Below, piece after piece: positions 11,201-25,500 of a stretch of DNA of 64,000 bases. A model generated the notes under the pieces. It did no database searches. It was given only the letters and a program-made list of their open reading frames with translations, and was not told where the DNA came from. The position numbers and the translations under genes were made by a program. This DNA comes from Phoronis australis (lineage: Eukaryota > Animalia > Phoronida), in NCBI GenBank assembly GCA_002633005.1, contig NMRA01000378.1, positions 301,329 to 365,328 on the forward strand, written 5' to 3'. Every line of letters starts with the position of its first letter. The stretch's first letter is position 1.

Positions 11201-14200
11201 TGAGAAGGATCTGACTTCAGGCATTCTCATCCTTGCAACCCCAGACTATGACTGTTCTGTCAAAGATATGCCCTGGCAATCTGTCATCTTACTGCCCATT
11301 TTCCATGCCAAGCAGGTCCTTCCCAGACTGTGGAGTGCACCTATGCGCCAGGTCTTACTGGCATCAATGTGAACGAAAGAGCGCATCACCTGGCTGAGGC
11401 ATCTATCGACAACAGTCGTCTCAATCTGTAGGTCTCCAACATTTAAGCTTTTGACTAATCACTCTTCTACAGGCAACACCAAACAGAGATTGTCTACTTA
11501 AAGTAAAGGGGCCCTAATCTTGAGCTTTAAAATTTTATTTGCAACCAGTGCGCCTCTGAGCCAGTCCAGGGGCATACAAAGTTGACTAAAAACCTATAAT
11601 GCTCAACATCAGTATTGGAAGTTTGCATCGACAGCCAGAAATTACCGAGCGAGTCCGTAACTTCACAGCGACCCCTCCGTAACTTCACAGCGACCCCTAC
11701 ATGTTGTAATTATACACCGGTTTTACCGGCTTCCTGATTAAAATAAATTTGCAATGTTGAATGGATGATTACTATTAAAACTTATCCTGCACTGGGCGAG
11801 GTCAGCGACATGCCAATTATCCTATTACAATGGGTTGGGTGTACTCAATCAACAATAATAAGCTGCAGTTGGGCTGTGCTAGCACAATGCACTCAACCCA
11901 GGACACTTGTGATTTTCATTCAAAAATTGTAAGAGTCCTGGAATGTTGTTTAGATAATTAGCAAAGGCATTCCCTAAATCCAAGTTTCCTCTACATTTCT
12001 CTGATTTAAACCACGTGGTTGTGATAACTAGTTTGGGAGATATTGGCAGGTTTATGCAAGTGTAGACACGTCCTAGTGTCATTAGTTAGCTGGAGCCAGA
12101 CATGAGGATAACAGCCGATCAGTTTATTTTCACTAAGGCTATGATGACGATTTACGTACAGTGAAAATCTCCATTAAATTGATTCTGGACAACTTGTATG
12201 TTGACCTCTTTTCTGTGAAATTAACATTTCTCGATCAAATTTCCAATTCAAAATTTTTACACAATGTAAAATTGCCGTGAGGACTTGACAGGGACCTCGG
12301 GGGTCTCACACTCCACTGATTTGTCCACATTATTTTGAAAACGCTTTGCCCAGTCACACATTGTGTGTCATAAAAGAGATAAGCATACGAGCAGCTGACG
12401 CAGCAAGCAGAACTACTCTCGTTTATCACATTGGTGTAGACTCACAGTTGAACTGTGGTTTTCTGTAGACTCCAGACCGTCCCGAGTTGCACCATATACC
12501 AACTCCGGACGGTCTCTCACGACGATTAAGCGTTATGTAGGTCGAATCAGTCTGTGTGACCTTCATAACAGCTTAGTGTACATCAGTAGTGGTGACCTAC
12601 TTAACTCAGCACACTCACAGGGAAAGTAGTCTGAATAAAGCCTTAGCAGGATAAGAGTTAAGAATAGAAAAGTATCAACATTAAGTCGCCAAATATATTG
12701 TTGACACGATTCAAACCTCATTGCTTATTGAGTTTACTGGGTACCGATCGAAAAATGCATGTCGAAATCACAAGAAATCAATAGAATAACTATTTAAACC
12801 CGTTAGTCAAACTCCAGGCAGCCTACAGCGCTTGCAACAAAGATAACATGTACTCAATTCTAAAATTGTCTAATATAGTTTCTATTACCCAGTCTCTTGC
12901 GTCGATGTGTGCACCAGCATCCAGTAACATCCTCCCCAACTCTGTATTGCCGCGCTGTGCTGCCAGGTGTAGAGTTGTCCAGTCCTACAGTTAGGAGTTA
13001 TAGCAAATTTCACCATGCCTTTTAATTACTCATCATAAAAAAGTTTAAATGACACATTTGCAAACAAAATTACTAAATCATTTTTCTGTTTACTGGGTAA
13101 TAATCAGATGACGTTGGAACTGATCATCATTTTTAAAGAACAAGGTTGTACGTCGCTCCAGTAGTACGTGTCACTAGTAAGTCTCCAAACCAAAAACATA
13201 ACGATGTTCTTTAAAAATAAGGACACTTTGATCAAAGTCCACACACCTGGTCCACACTTATAATCACCATCCCAATCCAGTGTCAATGAACAACTAACTT
13301 ATGTCTCTTTTCGTTACATAAAACCTGCCGCAGGATCACGGCTAAAAACGTTGTTCGTTATTTTAAAGCTGTATCTGTTCTGCATCATGACTCAACAAAA
13401 TGGCAGTTTTAGAATATATCCTTACATGACTTTAGTTTGAAATATCAATATCGTTGTAGGTAACATAATAAGAATCCTACCAAAGTACGCAACAACAGGA
13501 GACTGATATAATCAGAGTAAAATGTCTAATTCTATTTTCCGTTTTAATCAACTAAACAGGACGAAATACAGCTTTGAGAAGTCAGAACAAATTATTTTTT
13601 TTACTTTACTTGAATGATTATCTGCATGGTGACTATCTCGTTTAACTCAATGCCAACTCTTTCGAATGGTATTTTATAGTACTACAACACAGGGGGTATC
13701 AAGTAAAGACCTCCTGATCATGAACAAAGTTGCCCAAGCTCGACTGCAAGGGTGTCGTGGGGTGATTACTCTCATGCGGATGATGTGAAATGGTACCTGG
13801 TATGACACACTCTACAATAATGCTTGCAGCTTGCTGGAAACTCAATTTTCTGAACGAAATAGGATGAGTATGTATTATAGACAACAAAGTTGAAGTCAAA
13901 TGCCTGGTACACAGACTGTAAAACTGTTTACAAAATGCGTAGGCAAATCCTCTGGATGGTCATCTAGTTTGCTAAATTATTGGAAGGCCTACCTGAACCC
14001 AGTACATACTTGACAGGACAATTGAAAAGCATTAACCTACTTATGAAGTCAAACATCAAGCAATAGGAAATATCAAATTCTTTAAGAAGCCAGATATTTT
14101 AAATGAGAACATATGTGATTTTGGCTAGATTTTAGCGAGGGCCTAGCGTAGGGTCTAGCATTACTGCAGCACTGCATGATTGGTAACATTCCATTGGTAC

Positions 14201-16539
14201 TGTGCAAGCGGTCTGGGCAGGCGATCGTGATTTGGAAATGTGCCAATTAATCTGCAAACGATCACAATGCCTTTACATTCAGCAGCGTAGTTTTGAGTCA
14301 CAAAGAAATTCTCAAGCCCTTTACTCGTTTCCGGAGGTGCTACGGGTGTGAGATGAGTCACCTGCATGTCACTCACATGCTGTTGCCAACGTAAAGTGTA
14401 GACCTACTCCAGCAACCCAAGAGTGTATGTGAACTTACTCACGTGCACCACTTCAAAGCCACGCACATCACAGCGACAGTCCTAAATGAAAGAGTTTACC
14501 CGCTTTTTTCTGTTAAGCACCCGGGTGCAAACGAACTTAATTTGACAATGCATTTAAACCCCCAGCAATTATCATCAGAAGACCCATGTAGCCCAGAACT
14601 GGTATTTTCCTTGTTTCACTCTTTGCCAGTGTCGATGTTTTCTAGGTCCGATAAGGACCACCCAGAGCCAGCTGTTACCACTACACAGGTAAACGTGAAA
14701 ATGTGGTTAGCGAACTCTCTTCTCCTCATACTACACTTCCCCCCGTCAATTTTTCACTCTTGAACCACGCTGTATATTTGTCAGACTCGAATAGAAAGAA
14801 TATTGTTACGGCTGAAGGGGGCAATTAAAACCGAAAGTATTCCAGGTGGCTAAAAAGGGTACAGTGTAGGTGGTAACGACATCCACAAATTAAGTTACCC
14901 CTACTGGATAGAGTTTTGCGATTACAAAGTAGTAAGTATTGATAATATCATCTCTTGCTATTTCAGCCTTTCAAGTTTTTGTTGAAAACTTTGCACTGAA
15001 TAAGTTCAGTGCATCAATAGGAGAGAGAGGCAACATTTCACGGACTTTTCTTGATAAGATGACTTTCAGCAACGAGCTAAGTTGCAAAGTTTGGCCTGTG
15101 AACTAATGGAGAGTTTGTACTCATTAATGACTTAGGTGGTCAGTCCCAGGAAAGTCGCAGATTTTTTTCAACAAGTATTCGGACTCTCTTTTCGACACTG
15201 CATATTTGGCTAAACGATTGCTTTTGTTAGTTAGACAGCACTGCAACAACTTTAATGTCGGCAACTACCCTTGAGCTCACTAGTCCGGAGCCTTAAAATG
15301 GTGCTAGTGTATGCATATGTAAAGACTCAATTTAGTGACCAAAAATTTGTGAGTATTTAACGCCACAACTAAGAGCATAATCTAAGTATTTTCTCGATGA
15401 CCAAACAAAACAACAGGAAATTTTTGTGATCTGGAATTTATGAATGCGAGCTGGATTTGGAAAATGCGATCTGTGATTTTGGCTAGGTTGCAAAATGCGA
15501 CCTGGTGATTTTCATAGCGTCGCATGCAGTAAAGTCATTTATCTCAACCTTTAAAGTGACTGTTAGTGAACAGGAATGTTCGTTTCAAGGTTCATGTCAA
15601 GTCAACGAGGAGCAGGTGATAATTCATGAACTTACCAACCCATCCAGAGGTTGGTTGACATTCCATCCTCTCTCTATGTATTGCCGTACGCCACCGCAGT
15701 CACCATGCTTCACATCTTCTTCAATCTGAAAATGATAACATATAAATATGTAACATAGTCATATATCTATAAAAAGTGTTTTTGTCAAAGATTACTAGTT
15801 TATATTATAAGGGTATGGGCAGAAACATATAAAGAAGTCCCGTTAGTACCAGGTATCACTGCATCCTTCTTAAAATGCGATCTTGGACAGTAGTATTTTG
15901 AACAAATAAATCGCTCTCCTAAGTTTTATGTTATTCATGCAAGAGTGTTGCACAAATATCGTTGCAATAGTAACATCATTAGTCCTTGTCCTAGCTGTCT
16001 TGGAAATCCTTGAGAAATTCTGTTGGAATTCAATTGGAAATGCTATTGGAATTTTCCGTATAGGGCTTCTTTTAGGGAAACGGGGGGGGGGGGGGNGGGA
16101 ATGTTGTAATAGTCAACATCATGAACCATGCTGTAATGTGATTCGTCAGTGTGCTAATAGTTTCCCAGATGCACCACTATAAGTCAATCCAGTACAGATG
16201 GCCTGCGTCGCCAGGCCTAGGAATTTTGCCTGACAAATCTGGACCTTGGTGGAGGCTCATGTTTAGACTTTCAGCCATACAGATTGGCCGTACATTGTAT
16301 TGTTAGCACTCTCGTCTCCGCCCCGGGAGGCCCATCGGCACAACGAACCAACTAGATTGAATTATTTGAACACAATGCCGAGCGTCAAACAAACAACTTC
16401 AACATTCGGCATTAACCTAGAGTGTAGGAAAACGATGGGCCACGGCCCGAACAGATGACGCTGAATCAATGTCTATTCTCACCTTGTTCAATTCTTCCCG
16501 ACTGAGAAAGAGATCTTCCGACTTCGCAAAAGCAGCCAT
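2241..16539 (-). CDS. Ankyrin-repeat protein, first 8 coding exons (gene continues beyond the left window edge)
   Basis: GT-AG exons, all introns phase 0: 16483-16539 (MAAFAKSEDLFLSREELNK), 15636-15725, 12889-12984 (DWTTLHLAAQRGN...), 10522-10620 (HGDTPVYEAVTYG...), 9312-9413 (EGWSPLHWAAKKG...), 8370-8468 (RGDTPLHLASSEG...), 7201-7299 (NRDTPLHVASKYG...), 2241-2339 (MGDTPLHLASMYG...). The last six are each one TPLH-type ankyrin repeat. Confidence 0.9.
3577..4625 (-). mobile_element. Helentron-associated interspersed element (HINE-like), one end plus internal tandem repeats
   Basis: Starts with acaagagcaacgcagagcgttgaaatgcgcccac, identical to 27771 (hairpin plus subterminal IR). About 7 diverged 120-210 bp subunits follow, each with an aaatggccactaggNggc-type motif. 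Confidence 0.7.
4630..5045 (-). pseudogene. Possible second degenerate KolX-like fragment
   Basis: The - strand reads SSSDEDFT, then after a frameshift FTGYQFEPEYTD**ILERRRE (about 4905-4966), continuing into the 4520..4882 ORF. The YQFEPEY motif parallels YMFEPEY at 913-933. No Cys cluster or TIRs were seen. Confidence 0.35.
5511..5668. mobile_element. hAT-type MITE
   Basis: 8-bp TSD actattat (5503-5510, 5669-5676). Degenerate TIR: aaatgttgtagtgg vs ccactccagcactg. Confidence 0.6.
10950..11410 (+). mobile_element. Degenerate RNase H domain of a non-LTR retrotransposon (I/Ingi-like group)
   Basis: Across frameshifts: REWPEGAVE..., TSSTSMEFEAIQHAVLRL, (D)xMTVLSKI, and CTYAPGLTGINVNERAHHLAEA, which matches the PGHxGxxGNERADxLA RNase H motif. 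Confidence 0.7.
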
Positions 16540-16876
16540 GTCTGGAGAAATCCTACGCGCAATGAGTCATTGGTTAATTATAGGCCATCCGCGCAGCCAA
16601 TGAATCATGGATATGAATCGATAGGGCTTTGAAGGTGCCCTTATAGGCCGACAGAACTCTGCTGTAGAAGCGTATGTTAAGCCTAGAAACTAGGTTAATC
16701 TAATGCAAGAGAGATAAAATGGCATTTAAATAAAAATCACCGTAACTGCAGACGAGCAGTGAAATGTCAGTGCATTTTAACTGGTACTAGTGACTGCAAT
16801 AATAGAACGCATGTTTACTGCTTTGAGTAATTGGCTTGAACATAAAAATGTCTGGCGTTGCCTCAGTAAAGAAATC

Positions 16877-19533
16877 AACAAACATCAGACCACTGTCCTA
16901 TCTTCATTGCTTCAAAATCGATAAAGAAAATCCACCCTAAACGCCCTACTTTCGTCTCAAAATATTCTTACACACCGCAAACAAAAACTCACTTTCTCAA
17001 TAGCCTACGCAACTGCAATATCATGGAAAAGCTAGACCGCAGCCTAGATTGTGACCCCAATCACAACTACGCAATACTCAGTGATACTTTGACATATCTC
17101 ACGAAAAAACACTTTGGTCCAAAAAATGTTAGATATAATAAACACAAACACGCGCTTAACTCGTGGATTACACCTGGTATTTTAATTTCCATTCGTTACC
17201 GAGATAAACTGTACAAACAAACCAAGACAACCCCTCGCAACACACAATCCTACGCTACATGCCACAACAATCTTAAAGTCTACAACAAGATTCTCAAAAA
17301 AACTATTGATTCCGCCAAGCAATCTTACTATTATGACACATTCGAAAAAGGGAAGTCTGACATAAATAAAACATGGGATACAATAAAGACAGTTATGAAC
17401 AACGGCGTTCGAACAAAAAATGACACCCCAGAATGTCTCTTACGTTCAGATAACACTAAAACCAGTGACCTACCCGAAATGGCAAGTTTATTCAACACCT
17501 ACTTTACCCAAATCGGCCCATCCCTTTCTGAATCAATAACTATGATAAAAAACAAGAATTTCAAAGACTATCTTCCCACGCCAAACAAATTTAAGTTCTC
17601 TTTCAAACCAATTAATAATAAACATGTACTAGATATTATAAAAGACATGGACGCAAAAAATAGCACTGGTCATGACAATTTATCATCTGAAATTATCAAA
17701 ATAAGCAGTCCTTTTATAATTGAACCTCTCACGACCATCATCAACCAGTGCTTGCACACTGGTATATTTCCAGATGCTCTAAAGATTGCTAAGGTGATCC
17801 CAGTTTTTAAACAACATGGTTTGGACCCAGAGCACCCGGGCAATTATAGACCCATTTCTATTCTTCCAACAATCTCAAAAATTATAGAAAAAATTATCCA
17901 TAATCAACTTTCAACTTTCCTAAATGAAAATGATATACTTAATAAACATCAATATGGTTTCAGGAAATGTCACTCTACAGAACTTGCTTCACTTGAACTT
18001 TTAGACCGCATTTGTTCCCATCTTGATAATGACATGAATCCCCTGGTCATCTTTCTAGATCTCTCGAAAGCTTTCGACACAATAGACCACCAAATACTCT
18101 TGCAAAAGATAAATCACTATGGTATTACTGGAGTTGAATATACACTGTTTAAAAGTTATCTCTCAAACCGCACCCAATATGTTTCACTAAGTGATACAAC
18201 TTCCAGTTGGTTACCAATATCTACCGGGGTTCCCCAAGGCTCTGTCCTAGGCCCACTTCTCTTCCTAGTTTACATAAATGATCTTTCGTTTTCTTCTCCC
18301 ATGGACACACTTCTTTATGCTGACGACACTTGCCTCGTCACACCTTACAAACTGACTGAATCTTCCCAACACACTTTACAGCAATCAACCACCATCAACA
18401 ACAACCTTAAATCTATTTCAGACTGGTTTTCTGTGAACAAACTTTCAATTAACACATCAAAAAGTAAATTAATGATCTTCCACTACCCCCAAAAGAAAAT
18501 TGAAAAATGTATTATTCCCACCATCTATATAAATAGCAAAACAATAAATCATGTGAGCAGTTTTCCTTTCCTCGGTATTACTGTTGACAAAAACCTCTCA
18601 TGGTCCCCCCACATTAACCTCATCTCAAACAAACTTAACAATCTCGGTGGACTCTTATACAAATTGAAATCTTATCTTCCTCTTCCAGCTCTCAAGTTGA
18701 TATATAATTCACTTGTCCTTCCACATTTAAACTATGGCATTACTACTTGGGGTTTTGGCAACACTAAGAAACTTCAAACAGCCCAGAAAAGAATACTTAG
18801 GAATATATCAAATTCCAGTTATAATGCTCACTCTCTGCCCATATGTAAGGAACTTCGCCTCCCTCTAGTTCAAGACATCTTTAAAATCTCAATTGCAAAA
18901 TTTTACTACAAATTCCTCAATAATCAACTTCCTAAGTATTTTTACACTAACAACTTCTTTATTAAACCCATCCAATATAAGCCAACCAGACAAATTAAAA
19001 CTCCTACATACCTGAATCAATACTCAGCTACTATACCGACAATACAACACAAAATTTTAATTCCTCCGTCCAACAAATTGTCATCAAGAGCCTGTATTAG
19101 ATTTCAGATTCCTCGACTTATAAACCGACAACGAAATACCATTCTCTGTTCTAAATGTAATAAAAACGCATTCTTTGCAAGCATTCTCCAGGTTCTTAAC
19201 CAATTTTATTATTAGCAACTACGATCCAGTTTGTCATATTTCCAATTGCTTCATATGTAACAGTATCTAATTGTATTCTCAAAATCTCCTGAGCTGTGCC
19301 AGTTTACTTCTTGGTTCCTGGCGTGTTGGTCGTTTTCAGCACTAATTCACTGTTTTCTTAAGTACTCCTACTGATTTTTGCATTTCTATTTGTTTATCTT
19401 GTACAGGGGACCTTCTTATCAGCGGTCAATTACCTTTAGAAGGCCTCCTAATTGAAATCAAATTTTAATCAATGTAATTTATTATTATGTACTGTAAATA
19501 AAAGCGTTTTCTCTCTCTCTCTCTCTCTCTCTC
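16877..19533 (+). mobile_element. 5'-truncated LINE (CR1/L2 group, Crack-like)
   Basis: ORF2 is open from the endonuclease C-terminal SDH motif (TSDHCPIF, about 16883) through the RT domain. The 3' UTR has AATAAA (about 19497) and a (CT)n tail to 19533. No clear TSD. Confidence 0.9.
17023..19270 (+). CDS. LINE ORF2 reverse transcriptase (partial, one frameshift near 19125)
   Basis: Motifs NYRPISILP, QYGFR, FLDLSKAFDT, GVPQGSVLGPLLF, YADD and FLGI. After the frameshift the alternate frame gives ...KTHSLQAFSRF...YDPVCHISNCFICNSI* ending at 19270. Confidence 0.9.
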
Positions 19534-21989
19534 ATCGGTTAATTAGGTCATCAGACAGAAAAGTGACCAAGCCCAAGGAATCGATTTTATATACACGTTA
19601 GATACTGCTACATTCTGTAGCTATAGCTCGATCTCCGCATTGCCCGCCCCAGGACACGAGTTAGATCGTGTAGTTTTATAAATGGAATCATGGGATGTAT
19701 AGGCCTAACCTAGGAACCAGTCCTAGGCCTAACAAAATAAACATTTTTGATGGGAGATAATTGAGAAAATTTGAGTTTTAATAATTGTTTGGTTTTCCGT
19801 CGCGTACGTTAGGCCTACGTCACAGTGGTGGAAGACCGTTGACTCGGATATTAATGAGCTAGAAGACTGTAAGTGAGAGGGGCGAACTTGACAACTGGAG
19901 TAGCCTATCGAAGACAGGTGTAACGGGAGAAGCCTAGTTGCTGGCCCGACTGGAACAAACTCTCTGATTCATATTGTGCCTTCATGAGGCGGTCACAAAT
20001 CAACTTGTGAAACTTGCGAATGCATCCCGCGAAACATAGCCATCAGTTACGTGTTCCACTATTTGAACACATCGCTGTCCTACATAGTCGCTTTTTGTTG
20101 CGGTTCAATTTGACCAAGCCGGCAATCAAAGAAATAGGAACTTAGCTTACAAGTTCCACTTTAAAGCATGCGCACCCAGCCTATAAATTATAGGGGACTC
20201 GAATTTTTGACGATAAGGACATTTTACAAACAAAAAGACGGGTGATTAAAAAACGGGGTACCAGGCTCAGCTCAGAGCTATTGTATGAATTGTGCATTTG
20301 CGCCTAAGCCTGGTGCGCACAGGTAAACGTTAGGAGATACAGCAGGCGACGTCCACTGACGCAGACGATTGCAATATAAAGCCACATACATATACGCGAG
20401 CAAACCAAAAGTACCATGACCCACTGAACACAATTTTTGGTGGTGTTCAACTGGAAATGCCATTTGAGACAAAATAAATGACCTATATCTACGCACAAAC
20501 ACTAGTGTCTCGGTAATTTTGGGCAAAAGTAATTTCAAATGAATCTTTTAGTGTTATTATTTTGTCAAAAATATTAATTATTAAACAGAATTAAAATGTG
20601 AACTTCTATTTTTTAAAACCACTCAGAAATATTATAATAGAAAAATATTTTTCAAATGCAACTGGAGAAGATAAATGAATTTCCCACTCCACAAAGAGGC
20701 TGGCTGGATACTGAGAAAAACAGTAACCTGTATGTGGGTGTGACTGCAGGTGCAAGTAAATGGCAATGTGATGCCTTGTTTTGTTAAAAAAACGTGAAAG
20801 GCGATACTGTTTGACAAACAAGAAAAGCTCTGAGACATAGCAAAGAGAACTTTAATCCAATTTGATATCAATACATATCTTACAGCGTAACAAGCCAACA
20901 TGGTCAGCAGTTGCCCTACACTGTCATTGCCATGGCAACTACTCAGTGCCCTGGTTAGTGTTCAGTCAGCAACACTAGGACCTACCCTAGTACCTTGCTA
21001 AAATCGAGGCAAAAACCCGTGTCCTCGTTTAAAATGCACGTCAATACCTCAGTCCAAGTAATTTCGCGAAGTTTGGACTTTTCTATTCATGTAATGGAGC
21101 GCACCCTGATGGCTGCATTAGTCACTTTTGTCATCAAAGAAACCACCAAAGACAACATGGTCAGCAGTGGCCAACTTTCCCTGACAACACATCTGACAAA
21201 GAAAAGTCGTTGCTAAGCAACAAAATGCACTATGCACAATAAATTAACAAGGATATCAAATTCAGCTTCATTATAATTATTCTTATCATTCAAGAACATT
21301 ATATTACAAACAAATCAGTCCAACACAGTGCAGTAGAGTTTTGCATAATGAGACCAGAATAGTGTCCTGAACTCTACTGAACTGTTGACAGGAAGATTAA
21401 AATGCAAAGCACTCTGTACACAACTTCACCACAATTCACTGCAGTACAGGGATATACATAGTGTATACATATATGCATACACAGACCAACCCACGCGTCT
21501 ACATATGCAAGCACACGCATGTACACACATATCTAGCACAAACTGAACTGCTCAGTATATGATCGCAATTGACCTATCGCAAGCACCGCCACCTTGCAAA
21601 ATGTCGACAAACAATAAGTTTTACCCGGTAATGTGTTGTTTGTCAGGTAAAATGGCACCTTGGAAATGAAGGTGTGTCAAGAATGCTGCGTTCTAATTGG
21701 TCATTTAAGCCGTCACTTAAAACACTGGTGACAAGTCAATTCTTGGTGATTGAGAAGTGAAATTGCTCTGATATGCACTTGATATGTGAAACGAGTCTGA
21801 CTTTAAATCAGCATCGCACTTAGTTTTGTTTTGAAAATTGAGAGTAGACCCCAATGTGTGTTTGCGAAAATGTAATTCACAACATACACAGTATACTCAG
21901 TGACTAGAAACTGCAGACCAATTCAGAGCATTCTTTTACAGTTCAGTTCAAACCTCAACTACTGACAGAAGAGTACTGCACAAGTTGAG

Positions 21990-22545
21990 TGGCATCGTGC
22001 AGACCAGCAGCCATACTGTTAGCATGACACCTATGCACAATTCAGTCACTATGCTGTAACCATGACAACTATACACACAGACCAGCATCCGTACTGTTAC
22101 TGTCGCGACTATGCAAAGTCCAGCCTCCATACTGTTACCATGATAACCATGCATTGTCCAGCTTCCACTCTTATTATTGTGGTGACTATGCACAGTCCAG
22201 CCTTCATATTGTTACCATGACAACCATGCACTGTCCAGTTTCCATACTGTTACTGTGATGACTATGCACAGTCCAGCTTTCATACTGTTACCAAGACAAC
22301 CATGCACTGTCCAGTTTCCATACTGTTACTGTGGTGACTGTGCATAGTCCAGCCTTTATACTGTTACCACGACAACCATGCACTGTCCAGTTTCCATACT
22401 GTTGCTATGGCGACTATGCATAATCCAGCTCCCATACACTACTGTTACTGTGGCGACTATGCATAATCCAGCTCCCATACACTACTGTTACAGTGGCGAC
22501 TATGCACAGTTCAGCCCCGGCAGTGTTGCTATCATAACTATAATG
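21990..22545. repeat. About 38-41 bp minisatellite in the RABL6 3' UTR, starting at the stop codon
   Basis: About 14 copies of actatgcacagtccagcttccatactgttactgtggtg-like units. Confidence 0.9.
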
Positions 22546-25500
22546 TCTCATAATCCCCGCCACCTAAAAATGCTTCAAGTTCATCAACCTCCTTCTTCTG
22601 TTCTACACTAGCGCCATCTTTCTTCTTTTTCTTCTTCCTTTTCTTCTCACCATCCTCAGAGGAAGCGCCGCTAGTTTGTTTGTCTTTTGTTTTTTTCTTT
22701 GTTTTCCGAGGTTTTCCATCCTCCTGTAAGAGATCAGAACCAATGATGCAATACATTTTTACTAATTATGACTGAAATAGTAAAATGCAGATCATTTTGC
22801 AGGCCTTTGAAACTACTCTATAACTGCGTGGTTATTGCAATAAACCACAGGCGATAGGTAGACCCGTGTAGGTGCACTTCGCAACTGTGTCTATCTTGAA
22901 GTAAACGCAGCGTGGATCAAAGACAATACGATAAAATAAACCTCAGATGACTCAATCTGTATTAGCATCGTTTCTTTGGTCGCACATGCACTAATACAGA
23001 GTCACACCCACAGACAGATGATCACACATGCAAAAACACAGAATCACACTTGCACAAACACAGAATCACACTTGCACAAACACAGAATCACACTTGCACA
23101 AACACAGAATCACACTTGCACAAACACAGAATCACACTTGCACAAACACAGAATCACACTTGCACAAACACAGAATCACACTTGCACAAACATAGTCACA
23201 CACACATAAACGTAGTCACACACCCACAGATAATCAAGCATGCAAAAACCATGCCTGCACACACTTCATTATCCCCATGGGTTTCCAACTCTGTATACAA
23301 ACTTGAATTGTTAATGAGCTTTCACTGTTCTACTTTAGTTCTTATATTCGCTGGAAGAAATTTGCACTTGACTGCATGACCACCACTTTTAACACCAGTG
23401 CCCTCTGTGGGGAAGGAGGGGAATCAGCATCACATTCAGCTTGATGCAACACTGCTGTTGATTATCATATGTGTTTGTCTGCAGACAGTGGCTGGGAAAC
23501 AGGGCAAAAATTTGAAGTCGGTCACAAAACTGTACTCACATGTAGGCAAACCATCAGAATGATAAGACAAATACGTACATAATTGCTCACACACAGCAAC
23601 CCGTAAATCGCTCACACAGCACAATGGGATTAGTTACTTCAAAATGTGGCGATAGTTTGTTGTTAAAAATGCACAACACACGAAGTCAAGCATGCACAAC
23701 ATTTACTCATTCCAGAATTACTTAGACAATGGAGTGCTTGCACGGTAAACTTTGTTCAATTTAATACCTTGTCCTTCTCTTTTGTCTTCTTTTTCTTCTT
23801 CTGAACTTCTGGAGTTGAGTCAATGACAGGGTTGGCGGAATCTATAATATAACCCATTGGAACCTCTATCACACATACTGACAGGACTAAAACTAAACAC
23901 ACACCATTAGCATTGCTATCATGCATGGTCATGTGACTAATACAACACGCATCTCATTAGCATGAGTCATAAGAGTAGTGACGTAAGCATGAGCTACACT
24001 AGCACACCCTTCAACATTGTAACAACTTCACTACAGCTATTATCAGCTATTCAGTTTTGTCACTATGTGATAATGCGTGCGGTTTTATGAGTTGACAGAA
24101 GACAATCAAAACGTTATATACTATAAGTTATGTCTATTTTTACGAGTTTGACACTTTCCACAACAGCCACAGAGCGAACCTCCGCTGCCGATGGGGTCTA
24201 CATTTGCACCACTCAGCGTCTGTTTAGAGACGAGAAATCTAGTAAATTGATTTGACAATATCTGATGAACAACGAAAATCCTGGAGAAAAATGGTCAACA
24301 GGAGGTGCTCCTGGAGTCAAATCTGTGTGAAAAGTGTGCAGACAAAATCTCATCATATACCTCTGTGTCAAGGCAAGTCAAAATCTGTCTAGTAAACAGA
24401 GGAGACTATGGTAGTCAAATCGGTCCAGCCAACACAGGCTCTATGGCAGCCACATCAATCTGTCAAGCCAACAGAGGGCACTATGGTAGTAAAATCTATA
24501 CAGCCAACAGAGGGCTCTATGGTAGCCACATGAACCTGTCAAGCCAACAGAAAGCTCTATGGTCGTCAAATCTGTCCAGAAATGAATTGGTGCCTTTGCA
24601 CTAATGTGCTCACTGTCAAGTTTTGTCAAAAGTCACCATCAAGTTTAATGACAATCATTCAGCCCAAGGACAAAACAACCAGTGTCACACTTGCTCAAGC
24701 AGTTTTCTAGATAACCAACCAGCTAGCAAAGGAAGCAATGGACAGATAGTTTTGCTCACTACATGTGAACACAAAATGTTTTGAAATCTTAGCTAGGTAT
24801 AAGCAACTGTCCTGCTGCCTTGGACAACCAAAAACTAGATGTGTTGAATTTCTAACCTAACATTTTCCATAGTCACACACAGAGCCCAATCCTATCTCAA
24901 GTGCAAGGAGGCAGAAAGTTCTTTTAATTATAACTTCTTAGTAATGAATGAATTATTAAAAGACTTCCAAGAGAACCAATTTCAACCGGATGACGAACCT
25001 CACTTCAACTAAATGTCCAGCCGTCAATCAGTCAGTGTTACATTTAAGGTTATCTAGCAACTTAACAAATGACCTTAATTCAAAGTCAATTATCAAAAGA
25101 ACTACGCTACATCAACCATTAAAAGTATATATTTTCTGAAAGGAGAAAGATCGAGGACTTTGAAAAATATGCATCTTAGGATTTTGCTTTAAAATTCCTA
25201 GTTTTTGCATACCGAGCAATGTATATTAAGAGAGCTGTTTTTTTACAAAAATCCCTTGAGTCAGGCGATTTAACTTTATAATAGCATAAAACCTGAACTA
25301 AGTGAATTATAAAAAATCCAGCGTTTTTGAGACACAGCGTCAAGTTTTTATTAACAAAAAGTTTTACTACAACTGGCTAAAGGATTATGTTGTTGTGAAT
25401 ATACCTTTCTTGCACACGAAAACTTGAGTTCAAAAACATGGTCACGAGATAGTAATGAAGACACAGTAGTAACAACGACCATATTTTTAAAATCCTTGAT

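Noticed and set aside
16081-16100. Poly-G run containing an N (Ns also at 40890 and 54483)
   Set aside because: Assembly ambiguity, not a biological signal.
22976-23379. His/Thr-rich repetitive ORFs
   Set aside because: Translations of the 22-bp minisatellite.
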